From a virus (lineage: Duplodnaviria; Caudoviricetes), in the IMG/VR virus record IMGVR_UViG_3300017766_002849, positions 1 to 24,852 of that record: 24,852 nucleotides of DNA. One strand, 5' to 3'. The notes below the pieces were generated by a model. That model made no database searches, was not told the DNA's origin, and saw only the letters and a list, made by a program, of their open reading frames with translations. The position numbers and the translations under genes are program-made. Of this stretch, positions 7,299 to 16,758 are shown piece after piece (position 1 is the stretch's first letter; every line of letters begins with the position of its first letter).

Positions 7299-9442
7299 GC
7301 TTGGAACCCTCCATCGGTTATTGTCCATCCATAATTTATTAATCTTTGTCTGGCACCAGAGCTAGCAGCGGTATATTTTGCAAAGCCGAAATTAACATTT
7401 ATGCCAGTAGCCCAAGGTTTGATGGGATTACCGGTTGATGATGCTTCCCATGAATTTAATAGTATATCATAGTTTCCGCTTCCAATATTGCAATTACGCA
7501 TAAAGTTTGTCATGTCTGTGCAATTACAAAGATTCCATCCAGAAAGATTACATCTTAGAGTAGTATTTATAGCGTTATTACTATTAAACATACCGTTTAT
7601 GGTAGTAACTCCAGTAACATTCCAATTATCTATTCCTGATCCGGCAAAACGATGTATAAAATTATTGTTCGCCACAAACATATTCGCCATGTTTGTGACT
7701 TTACTAGTATTCCACCCACTTAAATTAGCATTTGGACCCCTATTACTATCCATATAGAACATACTATTCATATTTGTGACATTACTTGTATTCCAGTTTT
7801 CTAATCCAGAGCCAAGGAAGCTTGATGCATCGTAAAATAAAGAACTCATATTAGTTACTTTACTAGTATCCCACCCAGAAACACTACTGTTAAAATTGCG
7901 ACTAAATTGGAACATACCACTCATATCGGTTACGTTACTGGTATTCCATTGACTCAAATCTCCAAGAGATAGTTCTGAGCCTATGCCGTAAAACATTCGA
8001 CTCATATTATTAATTCCACTAGTATCCCATGAGCTAAGATCAATTCTTAACCTATTGAGCGATGAGGTGTAATTAAAGCCCGCAAACATACTTGCCGCAC
8101 TATTTCCTCCAAAACTCCATCCTGATAAAGACGCAAATTTATTACCCGCCGGATCACCAAACATTCCTGTTAATATTGCTCCAGATGGTATTCCCCAATT
8201 ATTTATTGTTATCCTAGCATCAGGAACAGGAGAGAATGCTACTCCTCTCAACATAAAAAACTGAAAATTAGTAACCTTACTAATATCCCAATTGGATAAA
8301 TCGGCAGTCATAAAATCAGAACCAGCAGAAAACATATTACTCATATTAGTAACACCGCTAACATTCCAATCATTTAATCCACTTTTACTTCCATTAAAAC
8401 CCGCAAACATACTAGAACAGTTTGTTGTTCCTCTTAAATCCCAGCTAGGCACATGGATATTAGATACGATGAGGTTGGCGGCAAACATATTATTAGCAGC
8501 ACTTGTTATTCTCCATCCAGATAAAGTGCAGTTGTTTAATGTAGCATTATTAAATGCAAAACTAGCATCAGCTCCGCTCCAGCTTGTAAAGGAACAATCA
8601 TTTATAATTGCCCCAATAAAACTTTGAAGTAAGTTTGAAAAAGTCCATCTGTTAAAATTAATTCTATTTATTCTTGCCGCACTGAACGTTTGAAACATAC
8701 TGCCGCTTGAAGTATTCCAATTCCAATCTCCCTCTATAGGGAATTTTGTAACATTTTGGAATGTTGTCTGAAAACTAGTTACTCTACTAACGTCCCATGT
8801 TGCTATTTCCTTTTGATTTAAATTAGAACAGTTTGCAAAAGCACTGAATAAAGAAGTAACAGTTCTAGGAAGATATGGAGGAACATAAGTTAAATTAGTC
8901 GCTCCATTATAATTTATTGAGCTTATTCTATTAGTTTCTTTACCAAAAGATTCTACTGATATTAAGACTGATGCTGGAGAAGGTTGAGGAGCGGGTACGA
9001 GAAAAGTTCCCGATATCAAGAATATTCCTTTTACAATTATTCTATAAATTCCATGTTTGGAATATACATGAGGTACAGCAAAAGAGGCACCGACTGTGAC
9101 AAATTCTAGTCTTGTTTCGTAACTTCCCGGTCTTCTAGTAACACCAGTCAATGGAGTTAAACATCCATTAGTTCCGTCTCCCCAGTCTATGGTCATATAT
9201 CCACCGTTAAAACCATTTATTGTTAAGAATATGGTGGTGCTAGTTCCTTTCGATGTGTCTATTACTAAAACATAATCTTCACTACTTGTTCCATCACTAT
9301 TACCAATCCTAAAATCATAACTTTGAGGATAATGATAAGGAACTGGTGTTGGTTGTGCGTTTCCCAACAATGGCTCTATTGCCATGCCCATAAGGTCAAC
9401 GGCGGCTGAAAATGGTTGAGGAGCTAGTATCCCGTTATTCAC
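7295..9442 (-). CDS. DUF285/BspA-family repeat surface protein with N-terminal PKD-like domain
   Basis: About 17 repeats of type W[DN][TV]S[KN]VT[ND]MS.MF, some degenerate. TIDWGDGT...HVY...G.Y.I.V.G (PKD-like); C-terminal YD.LL..W...L...GWTITDGG cap; GTGA start overlap. Confidence 0.85.
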   Translation of the reverse strand: MNNGILAPQPFSAAVDLMGMAIEPLLGNAQPTPVPYHYPQSYDFRIGNSDGTSSEDYVLVIDTSKGTSTTIFLTINGFNGGYMTIDWGDGTNGCLTPLTGVTRRPGSYETRLEFVTVGASFAVPHVYSKHGIYRIIVKGIFLISGTFLVPAPQPSPASVLISVESFGKETNRISSINYNGATNLTYVPPYLPRTVTSLFSAFANCSNLNQKEIATWDVSRVTSFQTTFQNVTKFPIEGDWNWNTSSGSMFQTFSAARINRINFNRWTFSNLLQSFIGAIINDCSFTSWSGADASFAFNNATLNNCTLSGWRITSAANNMFAANLIVSNIHVPSWDLRGTTNCSSMFAGFNGSKSGLNDWNVSGVTNMSNMFSAGSDFMTADLSNWDISKVTNFQFFMLRGVAFSPVPDARITINNWGIPSGAILTGMFGDPAGNKFASLSGWSFGGNSAASMFAGFNYTSSLNRLRIDLSSWDTSGINNMSRMFYGIGSELSLGDLSQWNTSNVTDMSGMFQFSRNFNSSVSGWDTSKVTNMSSLFYDASSFLGSGLENWNTSNVTNMNSMFYMDSNRGPNANLSGWNTSKVTNMANMFVANNNFIHRFAGSGIDNWNVTGVTTINGMFNSNNAINTTLRCNLSGWNLCNCTDMTNFMRNCNIGSGNYDILLNSWEASSTGNPIKPWATGINVNFGFAKYTAASSGARQRLINYGWTITDGGFQA

Positions 9443-9822
9443 AGATCTGCCCCCAACGCCATAACATTTATAGCTTCAGCATTGTGTGTGCTAGCAATCA
9501 AACTCCATGTGCTATCTGGTAAAACAAGATTGTTATAGGTTGTGCTAACACGAGTGCCTTTAACGGTTGCGGATACTGTTGCGGCAGCGATACTAATTTC
9601 GTCAAACATTCTGGTTGTTACCCCGTTTGTAAGAAATAGTCGTACCATACCAGCGGTAGTTGTTACCGCCGCTTGAACCACAACCTCTGCTATTCTGGTT
9701 CCTGTTGATGCTCCGATTAATACAGTAACAACAGTACCAGATCCGTCACGGGCGGTATTGGCCGCTGATACTTGAGCTATACCAATTCTGGGTGTTACTG
9801 CGAACGATGGACTAGTTGCCAT
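9439..9822 (-). CDS. Small beta-rich virion/fibre-associated protein (127 aa)
   Basis: TAAGGAG SD; A/T/V-rich all-beta pattern; lies within the fibre cassette. Confidence 0.7.
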   Translation of the reverse strand: MATSPSFAVTPRIGIAQVSAANTARDGSGTVVTVLIGASTGTRIAEVVVQAAVTTTAGMVRLFLTNGVTTRMFDEISIAAATVSATVKGTRVSTTYNNLVLPDSTWSLIASTHNAEAINVMALGADL

Positions 9823-9834
9823 ATTAACTTCTCC

Positions 9835-10164
9835 TTATCTGAAGGTACTCCACAAATATAAATTCGAAAAATTGATAGCGTTAATTGCTCCGGACGCTAA
9901 CGCTGGCGTTAAAACTGCTGATCCTATCCTCACGGTAGATGCTGTTAATCCTGTGGGGAAAACTGATCCGCTTGTTAATCCGTATGTTCCGCTCAAAGAC
10001 GATACTAAAGAACTATTAAAGTCTGTAATTTGGTTAACAGTATGAGTATGGCCGCTTAGTGCTACCCCGGTATTCTGAACGCTAAGATTTCCCTCAACGT
10101 CGCTATTAACGCCGGATGCTGTTATGGAGGTTGCTAATACCGCATTTTTATATGCTTTGGTCAT
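9835..10164 (-). CDS. Short fibre-like protein with one SGHTH...ITDFNSS repeat
   Basis: TAGGAG SD. SGHTHTVNQITDFNSS (HxH at 10042-10056) matches the repeat of the 13322..16324 fibre. Confidence 0.7.
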   Translation of the reverse strand: MTKAYKNAVLATSITASGVNSDVEGNLSVQNTGVALSGHTHTVNQITDFNSSLVSSLSGTYGLTSGSVFPTGLTASTVRIGSAVLTPALASGAINAINFSNLYLWSTFR

Positions 10165-10173
10165 TTAATTCTC

Positions 10174-11640
10174 CTACGGAGTAATAGAGCTTAGAGCGTT
10201 GGATAGTTGAGTTCCTAGATTTTCCACAGTAGAACAGTTCTTGAGTCGATTTCCAATACTGTTTACACCACTAATATTGCTGGTAGCGTAATCCCATATT
10301 TGACCCGGATTGCTCAAAATAGCAACGCCACTGGTATTATCGACCGCGACTCCGAGTGCCACACTACCAGAAGATGGCATATTTAACGAGCCAATATTAT
10401 TACCCAGATTATAAACCACATTTTTTCTAACATCGATTGTTTGTGGCAAAAGCCCGCTAACGTTGTTAACATCTAATAGAATCTTTTTACTTAAACCGGA
10501 AGGTCGATACATTACGGAGATATTATTCAGACTATTTAAGAATTGAACTGGTCCAAAAACCGGACAAGCTCCTCTGTCTCCAAACTCTATTCCGCTAACA
10601 TAACAAGGTCCAAAACTAAGATTAGCTAGTCCCACAGCCACGTTTGCTGCCCCACTGGAACCAATTCCATAAAAGTTTCCTTTTGCTAGTCTGGCGAATA
10701 TCGAACCGGTCGAAGAATTACTTGAGCCATTTTGTCCAGAACCACCAATTGTTGTCGCATTAATGATTACAGAACCGGTGGAAGAGTTAAGCACACCAAC
10801 ACCCGCGATGCCCCCGGTTACCGTATTGTTAATTATAACAGTTCCGACGCTAGAATTCTGTAATGCTGGTCCAGACGCTACTCCTCCTCTTACCTCTCCA
10901 TTAACTATTAGTGTTGAGGGGGAACTAAAAAGGACGCAGGCGGATGTTGAGGTGGGAGTGGGTCCAATAATATTCGAATTAATAATTCCAGAAGCTGGTG
11001 AACTAATTGATACCGTATTATTAACAGTTCCACCAGTAATAGTTCCACTGCTTATAATAACAGATCCGCCCAAAATCTGAACAGCGGGACCGCCTGTAGA
11101 ATTAGCAACATTTCCGTTTATTATGATTGTACCAATTGCACCCGCAGGTGCATATACACATCTTTGGTCGCTATTTCCCGCTCCTCCAGAAACAGCCCCA
11201 TTAATTATTAAGGTTCCGTTAAGGTTCACAATAGTTGAATTTGTTGAACTAGTACTCGGACCTATACCTGTTCCATTTAGTATTAATGTTCCTGCTCCGA
11301 GATTTATAACCGTACCAACATTAATAGTGTTTACAGTATTATTAGGATTCACAATACCAGATAATATTGCTGTTCCAGCAGAATTAAAAAGAACACAATT
11401 AGTAGTAGCACCAAAAAAGTTATCGGCAGAAAGAGTTACTCCGGACAATAAAACGAATGTTCCACCCGTTGTTGCTCCTCCGGTGGTATCATTACGGACT
11501 TGTGATACTCTAGGATTAACATCTACTGTTACGGTTCTATTATTAGCAACGACAATATCTCCCGTTGTTGGAATTATTCCTCCTGTCCATGTGCCGCTAG
11601 CACTCCAGTTTCCGTTATTTGCCGCTAATATTGTTGCCAT
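10174..11640 (-). CDS. G/S/T/N-rich beta-helix-like virion adhesin, paralog 2
   Basis: N-terminus MATILAANNGNWS...W..G.IPT.GD; many repeating N.S.GT[VL]I[IV]NG units; C-terminus SIGNRLKNCSTVE shared with 11645..13312. Confidence 0.7.
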   Translation of the reverse strand: MATILAANNGNWSASGTWTGGIIPTTGDIVVANNRTVTVDVNPRVSQVRNDTTGGATTGGTFVLLSGVTLSADNFFGATTNCVLFNSAGTAILSGIVNPNNTVNTINVGTVINLGAGTLILNGTGIGPSTSSTNSTIVNLNGTLIINGAVSGGAGNSDQRCVYAPAGAIGTIIINGNVANSTGGPAVQILGGSVIISSGTITGGTVNNTVSISSPASGIINSNIIGPTPTSTSACVLFSSPSTLIVNGEVRGGVASGPALQNSSVGTVIINNTVTGGIAGVGVLNSSTGSVIINATTIGGSGQNGSSNSSTGSIFARLAKGNFYGIGSSGAANVAVGLANLSFGPCYVSGIEFGDRGACPVFGPVQFLNSLNNISVMYRPSGLSKKILLDVNNVSGLLPQTIDVRKNVVYNLGNNIGSLNMPSSGSVALGVAVDNTSGVAILSNPGQIWDYATSNISGVNSIGNRLKNCSTVENLGTQLSNALSSITP

Positions 11641-11644
11641 ATTT

Positions 11645-13312
11645 TTAACTCAACGAGTTCTCCAGTTGTTTGCCCACAGTTTCTACCGTGGAACAATTCT
11701 TAAGTCGATTTCCTATGCTTCCGCTTGTTGCTATATTACTACTCAAATAATTCCAAAAATCCGCACCAGTAAGAACCGCATTTCCAACGCCGCTATCCAC
11801 AGGCACTCCGTAGCTCACACTATTAGCGTTTGGTACAATCATAGTTCCGGTTAGAACTCCGCTATTATAGACCGTGCCAAATCTAACATCATTAACGCTA
11901 GGTAGTAGCCCGCTATTAGATGCTGGATCTGCTAATGTTTTCATAGCTCCCGTAGAAAGTTCCACAACGGCCACATTACTAGTTTTATCTTCTAACGTTA
12001 TTACTCCACCAAGAGGAAAACTTCCTCTAGGCCCGCACTCAAATTCTTCTATATAACACGGACCCGTAAGATCATTCAATAAAGCTGCTGTATAAGCTAC
12101 TCCTACTGAGCCTAATCCAAAGTCATTTCCAATGGCCCGTTTAACATAAACATAACCCGTACTAGCATTTCTCACAGCGGGTCCGGTTCTTCCCGCCGTA
12201 GCATTTCCGTAAACATAAACCGATCCCGTACTAGCATTATGTATGCCCGGACTAGAGTTAACATTTGGTCCGATAACATTTCCGCTAACTACTACCGTAC
12301 CAACGCTACTATTAAGAATCGCCGCGTTTGCCACCAATGTGCCGCCACCTTCCATAATCACATTCCCCACAACATTTACCCTTCCACCAGAAACATTTTG
12401 TATTCCCGCTCCTGCGGTTGTGCTGGCTGTGCCAATAGCGGCCCCGGTAACAATCCCGGTAACATTAATTGTTCCTAATGCGGAGTTGGTTACTCCTACC
12501 CTTGTAAGAGAAGGAGATCGTGTTCCTCTAACGATACCGCTAACATTAATAGTTCCGCCAGCGGCATTGTTAACAACGTTGTTGATAAAAGGGTTAATTT
12601 CTCCAAAGATATTCATTATTCCAGTACTAGAATTTCTTGCTACAAAATTAGTGGCTGAAGTATCGGTATTTTCACTGATCAAATTTCCACGAATATTCAT
12701 GATCCCATTACTATTATTAGTAACTGTTGGATTTGCAAATCCACCTGTTAGAACGCCATTAGTTATTTTCACAGAGTTTACGTTCATTGTTCCATTAGAA
12801 ATATTAGCTATATGTCCAACATCGGTTGTATAAAGAAGGGCTCCCACTATTGTACTTGCATTGATAGTAACTATTCCCAATGAAGTATTTTTAACTACTG
12901 CTGATGAACCTCCATATATGTAATTAGAATTTACTATGAGATTTCCCGAGTCATTATTTAGTATAATTGTGGTCCTATTACTAGTATTACCATATAAATT
13001 AACGCAGTTGATAGTTGTGGTTCCAGTGGTATTAACGTCTATATTCGGACTAAGATTTACAGAACCTAGGGTAGCTCCTCCACCGATTATAAAATTAGCA
13101 TTAATAGTATAATTAACTGGAAGGATTGTTCCTCCTGCGGTCAATCCAAAACTCGCTCCATCAAATCTTATTTGATCTACATAAATATCAGAGTCTAAAG
13201 TTATCGTTCTATTGTTTATTACCGCAATATCTCCACTAGTTGGAATTAGTCCGCTAGTCCAAACGCCAGAAGAACTCCACAGTCCGTTTCCTGTTGCTGC
13301 TATAGTTGCCAT
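11645..13312 (-). CDS. G/S/T/N-rich beta-helix-like virion adhesin, paralog 1
   Basis: N-terminus MATIAATGNGLWS...W..G.IPT.GD; repeating N.S.G.[MIV]N[VI].G units; TAAGGA SD overlapping the upstream stop. Confidence 0.7.
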   Translation of the reverse strand: MATIAATGNGLWSSSGVWTSGLIPTSGDIAVINNRTITLDSDIYVDQIRFDGASFGLTAGGTILPVNYTINANFIIGGGATLGSVNLSPNIDVNTTGTTTINCVNLYGNTSNRTTIILNNDSGNLIVNSNYIYGGSSAVVKNTSLGIVTINASTIVGALLYTTDVGHIANISNGTMNVNSVKITNGVLTGGFANPTVTNNSNGIMNIRGNLISENTDTSATNFVARNSSTGIMNIFGEINPFINNVVNNAAGGTINVSGIVRGTRSPSLTRVGVTNSALGTINVTGIVTGAAIGTASTTAGAGIQNVSGGRVNVVGNVIMEGGGTLVANAAILNSSVGTVVVSGNVIGPNVNSSPGIHNASTGSVYVYGNATAGRTGPAVRNASTGYVYVKRAIGNDFGLGSVGVAYTAALLNDLTGPCYIEEFECGPRGSFPLGGVITLEDKTSNVAVVELSTGAMKTLADPASNSGLLPSVNDVRFGTVYNSGVLTGTMIVPNANSVSYGVPVDSGVGNAVLTGADFWNYLSSNIATSGSIGNRLKNCSTVETVGKQLENSLS

Positions 13313-13321
13313 AATATTTCC

Positions 13322-16300
13322 TTAAACGTATGTCTCTATGAGTCTATCTGTCCATCTTACATTAGTCGCGGTAAGATTACTGAGTATCGCTCCATCACTA
13401 CTTATAGTAGTCTTTTTAATTCTCCAAACGCTATCGCTTTCGCTTGATCCTTGAAGTGCATTTCCTATATAATTAACTCCGCTAACAAAGTCACTTCTTA
13501 CTTCTCCCATTACTACCTGATATCTGGGTGAAGCTGTAAAACAAGCCCACTCTACAACATCTCCAGCTATTCCCGAAACGGCCAGAGCGAAAGTTGTTCC
13601 GTTGGTCGCGGTAAAATCGCTTCCGTTCAATAATTTTACACCGTTATAGAAAACATCTATATTTCCAACAGCATAACCATTATCAACAGCGAATACGCTC
13701 TTACCAGAACCAAGAACCTCGTAGCCTCTATTTGCCGTAGGAGAACTTATTAAAACGGTCTTATTAGAATTATTATACGAAACTTCGGAATTGCCAGATC
13801 CTATGATATTAAGAGTTTGTGAACTATCATAAGTTATTGCTATTCCTGATCCGCTACCGATTGTCAAAGTGTGAGAATGGCCGCTAATACTAACATTAGT
13901 CCCTCCAACCTGTAAAGTTGAGAAGTTACCCGATCCGCCGCTAATAGCAACAGATCCCGGAAGATATGCAACGGTCTGAGTGCCATTTCCATCAAAAGTT
14001 ATACCGTTTTGAAAAGTATGGATTGCATTAATGGTTCGTACATTGTCTATATGGATATACTGGGAATGATCATCATCGCCCAATCCGAATAAGCTTCCAT
14101 GATCATTTTGAGAAATTCCAGCAATAGTACTAATTACGGCTACCCGTATATCAAGAATACTGAGTAAAGTACATTTAGGATCATTTGTATAATCACTATC
14201 GCCAGCAAATATTAATCGGTAAAGAGGCTTAAGCTCGCTTAATGGAAGATTAGTAAGATTAATATCACTCCAAGAATTATTACTTTCAGCAGATCCTTGA
14301 TTGCTATCAATTCTTTGACCCATAATACTCACTATAGGATCATCAATCTGATTAGTTGCAAGAATCCATACTGCAAAATATCTTGTTTGTCCACCGGGAC
14401 TAACATCGGGTGTTGTCCAATTTCCAGCGGTTAATAGGTTATATTGCGGTCCATTAGCACCATATTTAACAGGATAGTTCGTGGCGGTATTCTTAACCCA
14501 CTGACCAGTACTTCCTTCATGATAATAAACAGGAATTTGAGCAATTGGACTTAACTCTTGACAGAATGGATCAGCACTAGAACTATCAGTAATATTTATT
14601 TCGATATCTTCTTGATAAAGAGTGCCATTACCAATTGATATGGTCGCATGAGTGTTACTAGATCCATCTCCACCTAAAACATAACTACCGATGCTCAAGC
14701 CATCAATATATTGGGCACCAAATGTATTATGAATCCACTTATGAGTGCTAGTATCCATCACAATACCGTGACGTTCTTCGGCAAAGAAACTCATTTGACC
14801 ACTAGGGCCAACTCCGCTATTCCAAGATATATATGCGATAGGAATATCAGTATTAAAATCAAAACCTGTAGTTTTGTTTGATATTTGATTATTAACAGTG
14901 TCAAAATGAATATAGTTAATTTGGGTAAGATTTGGTATAGTTAAAATATCGCCACTAGTTTTAACAACTTTGACGCCTTTATTATAATAACTATACGAAC
15001 TTCCTGTGGGTTCTATTCTAAATACGTTTCCACTAACACTAATTCTACTGTCAGTTCTATTAACGAATCCCTGTGGTTGCTGACTATCAACATGAACAAG
15101 ATTCGTAGAACTAATCGTATAGATTCCACTAGTCCCACTAATTGACACATCATATCCGGCAACTAATCCCTTAATTGTGGATACTCCGCTAACTCCACTA
15201 GCAAAATCAACGATATCGGATACTGTATGAGAATGTCCGCTAACACTATAATTGCCGCTAGGCTGTAGACCACTAACAGAAATAATATAATTACCAGTAG
15301 TAGCTAGAACATTAACATAACCACTGCCCGACACATTCTTTACAGAGATAAGATTATTAACAGATGTGTTAAAGTCAGTAATTGAAGAGGATAGGTGAGA
15401 GTGGCCGCTAGTACTAACTGGAACAGAGTTCACTGAGAGAGAATTAAAGTTGCCAGTTCCTCCAGTAACACTAATACTAACCCCACTATTAAGTAGAGAT
15501 TGGATTTGAGATGTTGTTAGTCCAAAAGATCCTGTTACGGCGACCGTAAACGTTGTTCCGCTGGAGGTTACTGAAGCTCCACTAATACCTACTATATTTG
15601 TTATGGGAAATAAACCACTAACAGAAGAATTAAAGTTTGTTATATCACTAGCAATATGTTGGTGTCCGCTAGAGCTATAGTTTCCACTAGGCTGCAATCC
15701 TGTGACTGATACTGTAAAAACGCCTCCAGAAGACGCTACAGAAGCGTATCCGCTGCCCAATATATTTTTTACTGGTAGTAGTCCACTAACGCTAGAATTA
15801 AAATCAGTTATTGATGAGGCGATATGGGAGTGGCCGCTAACGCTAACAGGAGTTCCGCTTATAGAGAGTGAATTAAAATTACCTGTACCAGATATTACAT
15901 TTATAGATACTCCACTATTTAATAAGCTTTGTATCTGAGAGCTACTAAGTCCAAATGTTCCAGTCGTGTATATTGTGTATAAATTTCCGCTCTGACTTAC
16001 AGAGATACCACTCGTTCCCGATAGAGTGATATTTTGAGCAAGCGCATTTATCGTTAAGGAGCCGTCTAAGCCCGATGAAAATACTATTCCTGAACCAGAA
16101 TATAATCCACTAACTCTACTTATAGGCAATAATCCTGTAGTCGAGCTTATAGGATAAGTATCTGGAAAATCACTAGGAAGTATCTTGTCTCTATTACTAA
16201 CTTCTAAGTAAACTCCTCCAGAAGTAACTACTTCTACTGTTGGCGAATCTACCCCGCTAGTTCCCGTTGTAACATCTAAAGAGTACGACGGTTGTTGTAT

Positions 16301-16324
16301 GATTTCGATATTAAAATCTGTCAT
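13322..16324 (-). CDS. Long fibre protein (about 1000 aa) with HxH repeats
   Basis: Five SGH[SQ]H motifs, DDDHSQY motif, C-terminal IDVFYNGVKL...DF.ATNGT...GDVVE module. Start likely ATG 16324 (ATGA overlap). Confidence 0.75.
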   Translation of the reverse strand: MTDFNIEIIQQPSYSLDVTTGTSGVDSPTVEVVTSGGVYLEVSNRDKILPSDFPDTYPISSTTGLLPISRVSGLYSGSGIVFSSGLDGSLTINALAQNITLSGTSGISVSQSGNLYTIYTTGTFGLSSSQIQSLLNSGVSINVISGTGNFNSLSISGTPVSVSGHSHIASSITDFNSSVSGLLPVKNILGSGYASVASSGGVFTVSVTGLQPSGNYSSSGHQHIASDITNFNSSVSGLFPITNIVGISGASVTSSGTTFTVAVTGSFGLTTSQIQSLLNSGVSISVTGGTGNFNSLSVNSVPVSTSGHSHLSSSITDFNTSVNNLISVKNVSGSGYVNVLATTGNYIISVSGLQPSGNYSVSGHSHTVSDIVDFASGVSGVSTIKGLVAGYDVSISGTSGIYTISSTNLVHVDSQQPQGFVNRTDSRISVSGNVFRIEPTGSSYSYYNKGVKVVKTSGDILTIPNLTQINYIHFDTVNNQISNKTTGFDFNTDIPIAYISWNSGVGPSGQMSFFAEERHGIVMDTSTHKWIHNTFGAQYIDGLSIGSYVLGGDGSSNTHATISIGNGTLYQEDIEINITDSSSADPFCQELSPIAQIPVYYHEGSTGQWVKNTATNYPVKYGANGPQYNLLTAGNWTTPDVSPGGQTRYFAVWILATNQIDDPIVSIMGQRIDSNQGSAESNNSWSDINLTNLPLSELKPLYRLIFAGDSDYTNDPKCTLLSILDIRVAVISTIAGISQNDHGSLFGLGDDDHSQYIHIDNVRTINAIHTFQNGITFDGNGTQTVAYLPGSVAISGGSGNFSTLQVGGTNVSISGHSHTLTIGSGSGIAITYDSSQTLNIIGSGNSEVSYNNSNKTVLISSPTANRGYEVLGSGKSVFAVDNGYAVGNIDVFYNGVKLLNGSDFTATNGTTFALAVSGIAGDVVEWACFTASPRYQVVMGEVRSDFVSGVNYIGNALQGSSESDSVWRIKKTTISSDGAILSNLTATNVRWTDRLIETYV
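15227..15960 (-). repeat. Two-level coding repeat in the fibre (143-aa unit with two HxH motifs 56 aa apart)
   Basis: HxH codons at 15824-15838, 15656-15670, 15395-15409 and 15227-15241 (spacings 168, 261, 168 nt). FGL..SQIQSLLNSGVSI and GLQPSGNYS each occur twice. Confidence 0.85.
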
Positions 16325-16722
16325 GTTTGGCACTCCAGAGCGGTTGTACTCTGGCTAAATCTCTTAGTTATAGTTACAGTACCATAGAGTATTCTTTCTG
16401 TAAAAAACCCTCCGCCAGCATAAAAGTCGTCGGGGCTTTGTAATTCAAAGTCATATTTTGCAGTATTGAATGTGTAGCCGTTGGTTGTGGCGGCGGGCCA
16501 CAATAGTGTAAACTTGCCATTTGGTCCATCTAAAGTAAACCGATAGTCGGCACCGTTATGTCCTGTGGTGAATACTATAGTATCATTACTATTAGTTTTC
16601 CACGTTATTCTGCCACACCAATCCGTTAGATCAACCACATTTCCATCAGCGTCCTTGTATACCAATACAAAACTATAAGAAGATCCTTGTTCTATGCTAA
16701 AATTATAACTTGCTGCTCCCAT
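16321..16722 (-). CDS. Small beta-sandwich virion protein (collar/fibre-anchor-like), paralog of 5595..6020
   Basis: NFSIEQGSS...YKDADG.VVDLTDW...YDFEL...RILYGTVTI pattern, resembling fibre-attachment proteins such as T5 p132 (inference). AGGGG SD. Confidence 0.7.
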   Translation of the reverse strand: MGAASYNFSIEQGSSYSFVLVYKDADGNVVDLTDWCGRITWKTNSNDTIVFTTGHNGADYRFTLDGPNGKFTLLWPAATTNGYTFNTAKYDFELQSPDDFYAGGGFFTERILYGTVTITKRFSQSTTALECQT

Positions 16723-16758
16723 AGTATCCCCTATATAGAAAATGGATATTTATCTATT

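Noticed and set aside
7690-7880. Near-identical ~25-nt DNA repeats suggestive of a CRISPR array
   Set aside because: They are in-frame DUF285 coding repeats (W[DN]TSKVTNM) with synonymous variation.
7295-13312. Possible diversity-generating retroelement target (Asn-rich adhesins)
   Set aside because: No template/variable repeat pair differing only at adenines and no reverse transcriptase in the window. A distant DGR cannot be excluded.
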